Shown: piece after piece, positions 9,487-21,589 of the stretch | Numbering within the stretch: position 1 is the stretch's first letter | Layout of the letters: each line of letters begins with the position of its first letter | Source of the DNA: Macrostomum lignano | Taxonomy: Eukaryota | Direction: 5' to 3' | DNA length: 64,000 nt | NCBI GenBank assembly: GCA_002269645.1 | Contig: NIVC01001510.1 | Span: 186,001 to 250,000, forward strand | The notes under the pieces: model-generated | Told to the model about the DNA's origin: nothing | The model's database searches: none | What the model saw: the letters and a program-made list of their open reading frames with translations, nothing else | Translations under genes and position numbers: made by a program

Positions 9487-9725
9487 GACAAACACATTAG
9501 ACAGATCTAAAAACACATTCAACACATTGACAAACACACTCAACACATTCAACACATTGAGAAACACATTTAATACATCGACAAACACATTAAACACATT
9601 GACAAACACATTCGATACATTGACAAACACATTCATCACACTAGCAAACACATTCGACAGATCGACAAACACATTCGACAGATCGACAAACACATTCGAC
9701 AGATCGACAAACACATTCCACAGAT
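9487..9725. repeat. Degenerate 21-bp minisatellite (GACAAACACATTCGACAGATC)
   Basis: Tandem copies visible; they explain the heptad-repeat ORFs in the track. Confidence 0.85.
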
Positions 9726-9822
9726 ATACATGTATGAATGCATCGGGCAGATAAACAAAATACATTAAGCAGATCGGCCTCTCAATACCCTCAGCACCTC
9801 CCCGCCTTCGCAACCCAATCAG

Positions 9823-10065
9823 ATCGAGGACAGACTGTTTCAACCAATCAAAAACGTCACGGCAGAACAGGCGAATTCGTGCAGCTTCGACCCCAGCAGG
9901 GACTACTTCATGTGCCTGACCAGCTTCTCCTACTGCGCCTACTACAGGGACCCCTACAGGCGGACCGCAGGCTGCGCCTGGCACACTGCCAGCACCAAGC
10001 GCTACAAGAAATGCGCCACAGGCAATCTTCAAATTGAAGCCCAGCGCAGAGGCATTACACGCTAA
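9823..10065 (+). CDS. Timp: Probable last coding exon of a TIMP (tissue inhibitor of metalloproteinases)
   Basis: After CAATCAG| the frame reads IEDRLFQPIKNVTAEQANSCSFDPSRDYFMCLTSFSYCAYYRDPYRRTAGCAWHTASTKRYKKCATGNLQIEAQRRGITR*. The pattern C..C-x6-C..C-x-W..Y-K-K-C fits invertebrate TIMP C-domains; it is antisense to and downstream of synapsin exon 5. This frame is not in the ORF track. Confidence 0.55.
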   Translation: MEDRLFQPIKNVTAEQANSCSFDPSRDYFMCLTSFSYCAYYRDPYRRTAGCAWHTASTKRYKKCATGNLQIEAQRRGITR

Positions 10066-10859
10066 CATAATCAAATAATATTAATAACCGGACGTTACAC
10101 TTTATCGACAAATCGGTGTTATTTTCCTCTGAATGATTAATATTATTCTGTTGATCCAACCGCCCACTGCACCCTTCGAGCTCGAACAATAGCAAAAGAA
10201 AATTTCTTAGTTGTTCCGACAGGCAAATCCATTATTGGCAGCAGCCCAGAAATGCTTTGATAGATTTCGTTTATTTCATGAAAGGTAATGTAAGAATGAC
10301 AGTGAACAGAATATGATAGGATGAGAGAAGAATATAAGATAAGAGTAATAGGCCGACTCAACTCTCAGTCTTTCTCTCTCTCTGTCTCCTCTCTCTGTCT
10401 CTATTCGGGTCAGTGTTTATGTGGCAGTGTGTAGCTCTTACGTTGGTGTTTTCCTCCTACAGAAGCACCATACGCAGTAGACAAAATGAAATTACTTCTT
10501 TAATAATAAAATCGTAGTTAAGCTTGAGTCTGAAGTTCTCAAGAGTTAGTCGTCTTATTTAGAAATCACTGCACGGATTGAACTGTTTTTAACAAAACAG
10601 CGCGCTGATTTGAATCAGGCTCAGTCAGTTCTAAAGTGCATTTATGCCGGTTTGCGGCTCCGCTAGGATTAGAAGTGAAAGCAAATCAGAAACCAAAAAT
10701 ATTAGGGCAGTTCCCCATTTGCAACGTGGATTTTTTGCTCGCTCATCTCTTCCAGTAGTTGTCGAGCCGTGTGGTGTCCCCTTCAAGTTTTTCCATCAAT
10801 TGCCGCTTTTCAATGAGTACCGCTAAGGCTGGCCGCGAAACCATTGCCACGCTGTTTTG

Positions 10860-11080
10860 TCTTATTATTGTTAATATTGTTATTAATTGTAATAATATTA
10901 TTACTATATATAAGAGTAATACGAGCGTATTATAATCTATAGTAATCTTTAGTAATATTGTAAGTATAATAGTAATAATTGTTATCACACTAGTAATTAT
11001 TACTATTATTATAAACACTATTACTATCTTTATTATTACTGTTATTATTTATTTATTTATTATTACTATTATTATTATGG
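10860..11080. repeat. AT-rich (TAT/AAT)n low-complexity tract
   Basis: Degenerate trinucleotide repeats. Confidence 0.8.
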
Positions 11081-11494
11081 ATGTATTTGCCGTTTCCTCA
11101 CACTAGCTCTCTCTCTCTGCAAGCAGTTTTACCTCGCTTACTCCGTACGGATTGATGTTTTTTGCATTATTTTTGTATGTCAGTCTCTGCCTCTGTGTGC
11201 TTTATTTTGCTGTATTCATTCTACTTTTATTGAAGAGGGAATCTACAGATAAACTGTGCAGACGGAGTCTCGGAGGCCCCGGTCTCAGACCTCTATTGAT
11301 GTTCACGCAGATCTCGCAAGTCGCCTCGTGATTCATAGGAGCTAAAATTACACCAGAAGATGATAATTTTCGAACTGATTGGTTGGCCTCGAAAATGAGG
11401 GATCTTGCGCATTCAAACTTGTCTTTTATTGATTAAATAAATTTGGAAATCAATGGCCGTCATATTTTTTCATTGAAACTGACATTGAGAGTCT

Positions 11495-12166
11495 AATGAT
11501 TGCAGAGTGGCTCAAATGATTGCAGAGTGACTCAAATGATTGCAGAGTGACTCAAATGATTGCAGAGTGACTCTGATGATTGCAGAGTGACTCTGATGAT
11601 TGCAGAGTGACTCTGATGATTGCAGAGTGGCTCAAATGGGAGCAGAGTGGCTCAAATGATTGCAGAGTGGCTCAAATAGGAGCAGAGTGACTCAAATGGG
11701 AGCAGAGTGACTCAAATGGGAGCAGAGTGATTCAAATGAGTGTAGAGTGACTTCAATCAGAGCAGAGTGACTCAAATGGGAGCAGAGAGACTAAAATGGG
11801 AGCAGAGTGACTCAAATGAATGCAAAAGTGTCTCAAATGAGTGCAGAGTGACTCAAATGGGAGCAGAATGACTCAAATGAATGCAAAAGTGTCTCAAATG
11901 ATTGCAGAGTGGCTCAAATGGGAGCAGAGTGACTCAAATGGGAGCAGAGTGACTCAAATGGGAGCAGAGTGACTCAAATGAGTGTAGAATGACTTAAATC
12001 AGAGCAGAGTGACTCAAATGGGAGCAGAGTGACTAAAATGGGAGCAGAGTGACTCAAGTCAGAGCAGAGTGACTCAATTGGGAGCAGAGTGACTCAAATG
12101 AGTGCAGAGTGACTCAAATGAGTGCAGAGTGACTCAAATCAGAGCAGAGTGACTCAAATCAGAGCA
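11495..12166. repeat. 20-bp minisatellite (GCAGAGTGACTCAAATGGGA)
   Basis: About 33 tandem units. Confidence 0.95.
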
Positions 12167-12819
12167 AAAACGAGTCCGATCATAACCAAGTGAGCAAAAA
12201 CTGACGAGTTCCAAAGACGCTATCTATCGAGCACGCTGTATTGATCTGTTTTCATCGAGAGTGACTTATTGAATTCACAGTAAATAAAATGAATACCTTC
12301 ACTCGGCACTTCTACTATGTAAGTTATGGCTCGAGAGTCGGATACTGCAGGCCTGGCTTCCCTAATTCGATCCCCATTCGCCCCTTCAAAGAACATCCGC
12401 CGGTTTTCTCCCAAGCCAGCAGGGGGAGGGGGAGTGGGAATTGCGCCAAATCGATTTAGGGGGGGGGGCGTGCCGCCACTGTAGCGCACAGTTTCTCCCC
12501 ATCTGCTGGGGAAAGAAATGTGATGAGGGAAGGGAGGAGAGGCGGCAAGCAGATAGGGGGCGGAGCTCCGCACCCAACAGTCTAGAAGTCATCGGCAGAA
12601 GTGGCATTTGCTCGCCAGCAGTAAACATAAGGGAGTTGGCTAACTATTCAAGCCTGAGGCGGCCAACCAATTCGCGTCTGGGCAGCTCGATCCCCCCTCG
12701 TCTCCCTTGATCGGCAGACCAATCAGGATAGAAAAATTACCGATTTAAAATTCCCCGGTTTAACTGCGGCAACAACTGCAGTGCTAAATTGATCTATGAT
12801 CTCTCCCTGGTCATTGTCA

Positions 12820-13973
12820 AATCTCTGTCTAATCTCTGGCTAATCTCTGGCTAATCTCTGTCTAATCTCTGGCTAATCTCTGGCTAATCTCTGTCTAATC
12901 TCTGGCTAATCTCTGTCTAATCTCTGTCTAATCTCTATCTAATCTCTGTCTAATCTCTGTCTAATCTCTGTCTAATCTCTGGCTAATCTCTGGCTAATCT
13001 CTGGCTAATCTCTGTCTAATCTCTGTCTAATCTCTGTCTAATCTCTGGCTAATCTCTGGCTAATCTCTGGCTAATCTCTGGCTAATCTCTGGCTAATCTC
13101 TGGCTAATCTCTGGCTAATCTCTGGCTAATCTCTGGCTAATCTCTGGCTAATCTCTGTCTAATCTCTGGCTAATCTCTGGCTAATCTCTGGCTAATCTCT
13201 GGCTAATCTCTGGCTAATCTCTGTCTAATCTCTGTCTAATCTCTGGCTAATCTCTATCTAATCTCTGTCTAATCTCTGTCTAATCTCTGTCTAATCTCTG
13301 GCTAATCTCTGGCTAATCTCTGGCTAATCTCTGGCTAATCTCTGGCTAATCTCTGGCTAATCTCTGGCTAATCTCTGTCTAATCTCTGGCTAATCTCTGG
13401 CTAATCTCTATCTAATCTCTGGCTAATCTCTGTCTAATCTCTGTCTAATCTCTGGCTAATCTCTGGCTAATCTCTGGCTAATCTCTGGCTAATCTCTGGC
13501 TAATCTCTGGCTAATCTCTGGCTAATCTCTGTCTAATCTCTGGCTAATCTCTGTCTAATCTCTGGCTAATCTCTGTCTAATCTCTGTCTAATCTCTGGCT
13601 AATCTCTGGCTAATCTCTGGCTAATCTCTATCTAATCTCTGGCTAATCTCTGTCTAATCTCTGTCTAATCTCTGGCTAATCTCTGGCTAATCTCTGGCTA
13701 ATCTCTGGCTAATCTCTGGCTAACCTCTGGCTAATCTCTGGCTAATCTCTGTCTAATCTCTGGCTAATCTCTGTCTAATCTCTGGCTAATCTCTGTCTAA
13801 TCTCTGTCTAATCTCTGGCTAATCTCTGGCTAATCTCTGGCTAATCTCTGTCTAATCTCTATCTAATCTCTGGCTAATCTCTGTCTAATCTCTATCTAAT
13901 CTCTGTCTAATCTCTGTCTAATCTCTGGCTAATCTCTGTCTAATCTCTGTCTAATCTCTGTCTAATCTCTGTC
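12820..13973. repeat. 11-bp satellite (CTAATCTCTGG/T)
   Basis: About 100 tandem units. Confidence 0.97.
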
Positions 13974-14479
13974 CTCTGTCCCCAATTTCTGCCTTCTCTC
14001 CCCAAATCTCTCTCGTCACTCCCTTTAATTTATCAATTTCGACCTAATCACATGATTTCTCAATGATGACCTTTCCATGATTTCGCTAGGATCTTTATTA
14101 GACCTCTCTATGATCTCTATTTGCCTCTGGCAGCCGCAGACTCCCCCACGCTGTCTCGCAAGTCGACCCAGGGGTACTCGTCCCCGCGTGTGTTCAAGGC
14201 AGACCCTAGGGCTGCTGGACAGACTGGGCTCCGGCGCTGGCGACCCTATCCAGTGGCTTCGGCCGAATTTGGGTATGCGGGTCTGGCTCACCAGCCTGCA
14301 GGCCGTGGTACTGCTTAACGTACCCTCTAATGCCTAAGGTGTTTGACCGTGCCGATGGGCTGGAAGGCCGGGGAGTAGTCCGGTCGCTAGCGGTCCTTTT
14401 TTCAAACCGGCTGGCTTGAGGTGTCGGCCAGTCGGGTACTCAACTCGCATAACGAGTAGCCCTCCCCCGCTTTTCAGCT

Positions 14480-15995
14480 ATGGCCACTAACGCCACCATC
14501 TCTAAAGAAACTGACCCGGTCGCCTCTGGCTCACCGGGATCAGCCGCTCCGGTAGCTACCACTGGTAGCACCAACGCCCAACCTGGTCCAACCGGGCCAG
14601 CTGACGCTGCCGCCGATCACCCTGGCCGCCAGTCTAGCCGACCGCGCACGGCCGAGTCTCGACGACAGCGGAACATCCGCCGCAACCGTAAGCGGCAGGA
14701 GAAGCGGGCTGCTGCTGCGTCTGAGGAGGGCGGGCAAGCCGCGGTGAGGCCTTCGGGAGCCACCGCAGCGGGGAGGCCCTCTGGGGAGTCCGGTGGCGCG
14801 GCTGGGCCGTCAGGAACCGCCGTGTCCTCGGGCTCTCAGGGGGGCAACCCTGCCGGCCTACCGCCTTCCAAAGACAAAGCGGCCCCGCTCAAGACCTCCG
14901 AGTCCTACGCGTCCAAGGTCAAGCAGCCGCTGCAACCCGCCGTGATGATCCTCGGCGGGGATTTCGACCTGACGCCCGAGCAGCTCGACGTCGCGTGGCG
15001 TACCATCGACGAGGGCTTGCTCAATCTAACCCTGGAGGGCGTCTTCGTGGACATCGTCAAGTCCACCAAGGCGAACGGGTGCATCCTACTGTGGTGCAAA
15101 TCCGAGGAGAGCACCCAGCTCCTGCGGGATCAGCTGCCCAAGTTCGACTGGCACAGCGACCTGGGCCAGCTGACCTTCGCCTTGGAGAGCGAGCGGCCGA
15201 AGACCATCCGCCATCGGATTTGGGTCCCGGCCGACAGTGCAATCAAGTCCGGGGAGCAGCTGCGGCAGCTCCTGCTCAAGCGGCACCCGGATCTCGACGC
15301 CAGTGGTCTTGTGTACCACAGCACGGTCCGCAAGGGCACGACCGGGGCCACAGTCATCCTCGGCCTGACGGAGGGATGGGCCAAGCGGCTACCGCACGGC
15401 ACAAACCTCCACCTTGGTCTCCATCAACTGACCATCCTCCGCTGTGAGGAGGGCAAGGTGGAGACCAAGAAAGACGGGAAGCGCGCCGCTCCCGGAGCTG
15501 GGGCTCATGCCCCGCCGGCCAAGCGGCAGCAGCAACCCGATCCCGAGCCTAACTGCTGAGTCCGCCTCGCGCGGACGTAGACCCGCCCGCAGTAGCCGGC
15601 GGTCCGGTCTAATCCAGCGCGCACTTGACGAAGCTCAGTCTCTGAGACTTCACCTCGAGCAGACTCGTGCCGCTCGCAAAAACACTGAAAGCCAGCCGAG
15701 GGAACTGGACGACGGCACGGCTCAGCCTTCCAACTGGTGGGATTACCACCAGGAGGACGCTGCCGGCCGAGCTCAGACTCCCGACGGCGGGGCGCAAGGC
15801 GAAGGCAGCAGCCGTACCCCAGTCGCTGGGGAGGAGGGCGGTGTAGCGCGGCTAGGTGACTCACCTGCCGTGGGCGCCGTGTCCGCCTCCGCGGCGGCTG
15901 GGGAGGCGGCTGAGCCTGAGCCAATGGAAATTGGCGACTCAACTCTCACCGATGAGGCTGAGAATGAGTTGCTTTTCTCCTCCCCTGGACAGTAG
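14480..15995 (+). CDS. LINE ORF1 (DUF4780-like), 14480-15559, probably continuing by frameshift to 15995
   Basis: RIWVP..E.LRQLLLKRHPDL..VILGL..L.LGL pattern resembles LOA-type ORF1. An overlapping frame (15444-15995) ends with TAG two bases before the ORF2 ATG. Confidence 0.65.
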
Positions 15996-15997
15996 AC

Positions 15998-18900
15998 ATG
16001 ACTGTCTCCCAGGGCATCCACTGCTTGCAGGTCAACCTGCAGCACAGCATTGCTGCTTCAGTCAACCTCTTGAAGCACACTGACCAATACGTGCCAGGGA
16101 TTATCCTTATCCAGGAACCTTGGACGCTTAGGGGCAGCCCCCAACATGTCCCCACCGGCTACCAGTGTTTAACCGCTGGTACCCGGGAGGGAAACCTGGC
16201 ACCAAGATCCTGCATCATGGTGTCCAGTTCTATTACGCATGGCTCAGATCAGACCTGTCCACCAGGGACATCTGTGTCATCCAGTCTGAAGACATACTCC
16301 CTGGGAGGACTACCCTCATCGCCTCGGTTTACCTACCGGGCGACGGCGAGATGATCCCAGTAGAGCTTGTCACACTGGTCGAGCTCTGCTCCACCAGAAA
16401 CTATGAGCTGCTCGTGGCAGGTGACATCAATGCCCACCACACCCACTGGGGCAGTTCTGATATAAACCAGAGAGGTGAAGACTTCCTGGCTTATATTGCT
16501 ACTACAACCCTTGAGTTCTGTAACTCGGGTAGTACCCCTACCTTCAATAACGGACGCCGATCGGAGGTGCTGGATGCCACCCTCGCCACGCCCAGGCTCT
16601 TCCGGAGCACTAGGGAGTGGCGGGTGCTTCCTGAGGCGTCCCTCTCCGATCACAAGTTCATCTCTTTCACGCTGGCCAGCGCCCGTAACGCAGGCCAGCT
16701 TTACTGGAAACGGAATGCTAGGAATACCGACTGGACCGCCTTCAGGCTTGCCCTGGAGGAGACCTATCGTTGCACTAGCACTCCAGTCTCCATCAACACC
16801 TGCGAAGAAGCAGATGAATTTGCGGCCGCACTTACGGACTCGCTCACTGCTGCCTTCGAAGCCTCATGCCCACTAAAGGCATATAAAGGCAAACAGTCGG
16901 CCCCATGGTGGAACCCGCAGCTTGGCGACCTCCGTCGCAGAACCAAAAGGCTTCACCGCAGGGCCCAAAAAACTAAAAACCCGGCCGACCAAACCGCCTA
17001 CCTGAACTCTATCCACGAGTTCAAGAGGCAGGTTAGGAACGCCAAAACCAACAAGTGGCGCGAATACTGTGAGGAACTTGAGGGCTCCCGCCCCACCTCC
17101 AGAATCGTTAAAGCCCTCACCCTGGACAAAATGTCCAAACTCTCCTCAGTCAAGAGAGCCGACGGCTCGCTCACTGAGAACCCAGGAGAAACACTGGAAG
17201 CGATGCTAACAGCGTTTTTCCCGAACGAGCCAGCCAGGCCCGACCCCCCTGACCACTCAGTGGGCGGACACGTACTGGCTGACTCAATCATCACGGAGGA
17301 CCGCGTTACTAAAGCTGTCTCCTCCTTCAAACCCTTCAAATCCCCAGGACCGGACGGCGTTGTGCCAGCCTTCCTGCGGGAGGCGGTGAAATGCACCGGT
17401 TTCCTGCGGAACCTTTGCCGGCTTCTGAAAGCTTGCATTGTGCTCGGCTTTGTTCCGAAATCCTGGACCGAGGCCAAGGTGGTCTTTATCCCCAAGCCTG
17501 GCCGACCGGACTACCGGTCCATTAAATCCTTCAGACCAATTAGCCTCACCTCCTCATTGGTGAAGCTGTTAGAGAGACTGGTGCTCTAACGCCTCCTCTC
17601 TGTGGAACTGAAGAACAAGCCGCTCAGTGAGAACCAGCATGCCTTTCGGGCAGGCAGGTCCACGGAGAGCGCGCTTCACGTTCTGGTTGACATGCTGGAG
17701 AAAGCCGTTCTTGGTAATGGCTACGCTCTCGCTGTCTTCCTCGACATTGTTGGAGCCTTTGATAATGTCCTCTTTGAGGCTTTTGACAGAGCTCTACGTG
17801 CTAGAGGAACCCACTCGCACCTCACCCGGTGGATCATGTATATGATCAGCCACCGTACTGCCACCGCACACCTGTTGGGCCACCAACGGACGGTAACCGT
17901 CTGCAAAGGCAGCCCCCAGGGCGGTGTCCTCTCTCCAGTTCTCTGGAACATGGTCATCGATGAGCTCCTCCAGGACAGCCATCTTGACCCCATCCTCAAG
18001 GTCGGTTACGCCGATGATGTCACTGCCGTGGCATCCGGACCGTCACCTGAAACCCTTAGAGATCTTTTGCAAAACTTCATTCGCTCTGCTGAACGTTGGG
18101 CGGACAGGTGCGGCCTCAGGCTCTCCGAGACCAAAACTGTCGCGATCATGTTCACCAGCAGGGTAAACTGGCGTATTCGCCCACTAAAGCTTTACGGGGT
18201 GGAAATTCCATCCTGCAAGCAAACCAAGTGTCTCGGCGTTACGCTGGACCACCGGCTGAGCTGGTCCACCCACGTCCAGGCCAAAACCAAAAAAGCCCTC
18301 GCGATTCTTGCGCAGCTGCGCAGAGCCGTCGGCACCACCTGGGGCCTCACCCCAAAGCGTCTCTGGTGGATCTATACCGCAATGGTCCGACCGGCCGTTA
18401 CTTACGCCGGCCTGGTCTGGACCAGCGCCTTGCAGATTAAAACCTGCCACGAAGCCCTCAAAAAGGTGCAGGGACGTGCGTGCCGCATGATCCTGAATGC
18501 CCCGCTCTCTGCTCCCTTTGACGGCCTCAACGCCTTTCTCTGCCTCCCGCCTCTGGACATCTTTGTCCGTCGCGAGGCTGCTAAAACCACCCGCCGGCTC
18601 ATCGAGGCTGGTGTTAGCTTCAAGCCACAAAGAGCGATGGCGAAGCGCAAGCTCCTGCCGCACTCTGACCTGTGCCTTAAAGTTCTGGAGGAGAGTGGGA
18701 GTGCGGCTGTCCTTTCGGACGCTGAACCGCGCTCCCTCAATCTCTACCAACGCTTCAAGGTCACGATCCCCTCCAGGGAGAACGCCAACGACAGCTGGGC
18801 CCCTCAGGAGGTTCACTGCTTCACTGACGGATCCTCCAAAGACGGTTTATCCGGCTTTGGAGTCTGTATCCTTATCAACGGCCGCGTGATTGCTACTCAC

Positions 18901-19701
18901 GCCCAACACACTGGCAGACTCTCCAGCGTCTTCCAGAATGAAGTCCTTGCCATCAGCTCCTGTGCAGCTGAGCTCCACTGCAAGGACTTCAAGGACAGAA
19001 GAATCTTCTTCCACTCTGACAGCCAGGCCGCTTTACAGGCCCTGTGTCACACCACTACGAACTCCCGAACAGTCCGCGACTGTATCGGGCAGCTCAACAA
19101 GCTGGCTCGGAGGAACACCGTCCGGCTCACGTGGATCCCAGGACACGCCGGCTTCAAAGGTAACGAGCTCGCCGACTCCCTCGCTAAGGCGGGCTGTTCC
19201 GGCTCGCCCCTTGGCCCCGTGCCCCTGGCCCCCATCCCCGCCACAGTCATTAATCGTCAGATTAACGACTGGGCGGACATCCTGCACTTGCGCAGTTGGG
19301 ATGGTATCTCCAACTGCCGCCAATCTCGTGCGGCAGTGCCCAATCCGTCCCTCAAGCTGCGGAGAATCCTTTTGAATCAAAATCGAAAAGATATCCGCGC
19401 TCTCACTATGACCTTCACAGGTCACGGTTGCTTTGCCAGGCACTGCTTCCTCCGATGTGTTCGCCGGAGTGAACTCTGCCCCTTCTGCAGCCTCGAGAAT
19501 GAAGATGCCAAGCACTTCGTCTGCTACTGCCCGGCCTTCAACCGAGACCGGCTCAACCACCTCGGGCCCAACCCGTCCCTGGACGACGTTTGCCGGCCCG
19601 AGAACATCCCACGGCTCATCCGGTTCCTCCGGGCCACCAAGCGAGCCTCCGTCTTCCCCACCGAAGACAACGCTGCAGACAGGACCGGCAGACCTCCCTG
19701 A
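15998..19701 (+). pseudogene. LINE ORF2: AP endonuclease, reverse transcriptase, RNase H, C-terminal CCHC; disrupted
   Basis: APE: QVNLQHS, IQEPW, GDINAHH, SDH. RT: QHAFRAGRST, FLDIVGAFD, PQGGVLSP, YADD, LGVTLD. RNase H: FTDGS, SDSQAAL, WIPGHAG..GNELAD. CPFC-x8-H-x4-C. One -1 frameshift near 16233 and an in-frame TAA at 17587-17589. Confidence 0.93.
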
Positions 19702-19812
19702 CCGGCCCCGCGCCCTAGCCTATGCGGGTCTTTCAGGGATTAGCGGAATGGGCGACGCTTGCCTCCCCGCTGCGTCTTCGGACCGCCCTGCAGCTAAGTC
19801 AAGTAAGTCAAG

Positions 19813-20557
19813 TCTCTATGATCTCTCTTTGATTTATCTATGATCTCTCTATGATCTATCTATGATCTCTCTATGATCTCTCTATGATCTCTCTATGATC
19901 TCTCTATGATCTCTCGATGATCTCTCTATGATCTCTCTTTGATCTTTCTATGATCTCTCTATGATCTCTCTTTGATCTCTCTATGATCTCTCTATGATCC
20001 CTCTTTGATCTCTCTATGATCTCTTTATGATCTCTCTATGATCCATCTATGATCCATCTATGATCCATCTATGATCTACCTATGATCTGTCTCCATCTCT
20101 CTATGATCTCTCTATGATCTCTCTATGATCTCTCTATGATCAATCTATGATCCATCTATGATCTGTCTCCATCTCTCTATGATCGATCTATGATCTCTCT
20201 ATGATCTCTCTATGATCTCTCGATGATCTCTCTATGATCTCTCTTTGATCTTTCTATGATCTCTCTATGATCTCTCTTTGATCTCTCTATGATCTCTCTA
20301 TGATCCCTCTTTGATCTCTCTATGATCTCTTTATGATCTCTCTATGATCCATCTATGATCCATCTATGATCCATCTATGATCTACCTATGATCTGTCTCC
20401 ATCTCTCTATGATCTATCTATGATCTCTCTATGATCAATCTATGATCCATCTATGATCTGTCTCCATCTCTCTATGATCGATCTATGATCTCTCTATGAT
20501 CTCTCTATGATCTCTCTAAGATCTCTCTAAGATCTCTCTATGATCTCTCTATGATCT
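19813..20557. repeat. 11-bp satellite (CTATGATCTCT)
   Basis: Tandem array starting directly after the LINE tail. Confidence 0.95.
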
Positions 20558-21589
20558 TTATAAACTCTGCCTAGTTGTTTCCATCTCTCCGCATATCCCT
20601 AAAAATATTGATTAATGCCGCCCAAAACACGCGCCACTCTCTGGAACTCCCTCTCGCCCGGTGCCCAACCCAGGGCTCGCTGAAGTTCGGCACTCTGCAG
20701 TGAAGAATCGCATTAAAATCAGAGCCCAGCCCTGGGGTGGCAAAGTGCATCCCCAGCCGATGCGAAATCAATACTGAGCACTGGAGTTGTGTAGGCAGAA
20801 GTGGATCAGTCTAGACAGTACAGGATTTCCGTACGGCTATATGGGCGGCCAGATTAAGAAAGTTCAGAATGGTACACATGCGGGCTAGAAGAGACGAAGA
20901 GACGGAAACAGATGTGCTTCCGAACAGACTATTTTTGCTACTAGAAGCAATCTGCCCCCCCCCCAACCAGCTCTGCTCAATTGGGACTCAGCCGTGAGCT
21001 CCAGCTTGCGCTTGCACGCGATGCCAATCTGCGAAGGCATCATTCATTGGGACACAATGCGGTCCCGGGACGGTGAAGCGGTGAGGCTCTGCACTTTACT
21101 CGTGCCCACCCGTTGCTAGGGACGCACAGCGCGCGCGCGGACACGGGTCTAATTAACCACAGCCAGCCCCCCCCCCGCCTCCCCCCAAGGACGGAGCGCG
21201 GACGCTGGAAAAGAAGCACAGAAAATAATTATCTCGGCGCAAGAAACGACAGGCTTTCAGCGAGAGGCGAAGCGGCCCCATCATTCCGGCAAAATTTGTC
21301 TTCATTGGCTGCTTGTTCTGCTGCTCGGAAAGCGAAACGGCAGATCTTTCTTCGGTTCTGTTAGCAGCCAGAAGATGCACAGCAGTGCCTTCGTTGCGAA
21401 ATGCATTAGCTAGATAGGGACTGCCCTATTGAGCTTAGCCTTATCAAAGTTACAGTTTACAGAATTATTTGTTTGAAAATCCGCCTAGCATACATCGCTA
21501 GTGAGAATCTGAAATTTTGCTTGAATTTCGCGGACCGCTAAAGAGACTAATAGTGCCAAATCGTGTCAACAACAGCCGGCAAGCCTTAC

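Larger units (their letters stand above)
14119..19812 (+). mobile_element. Non-LTR retrotransposon, LOA/R1 group (Lian-like), near full length
   Basis: ORF1 plus ORF2 (APE-RT-RNase H-CCHC); 3' tail TAAGTCAAGTAAGTCAAG. Candidate 14-bp TSD TCTCTATGATCTCT at 14105-14118 and 19813-19826, ambiguous because it equals the flanking satellite. Confidence 0.92.

Noticed and set aside
9448-10074. 208-aa minus-strand heptad-repeat ORF
   Set aside because: Half is the 21-bp minisatellite and the rest is antisense to the TIMP-like exon.
10100-21500. Further synapsin exons (VKIGHAH, GNWK, YIIEV motifs)
   Set aside because: Non-repeat segments were read by eye; only a weak YIVEV match near 12310-12330 without supporting context.
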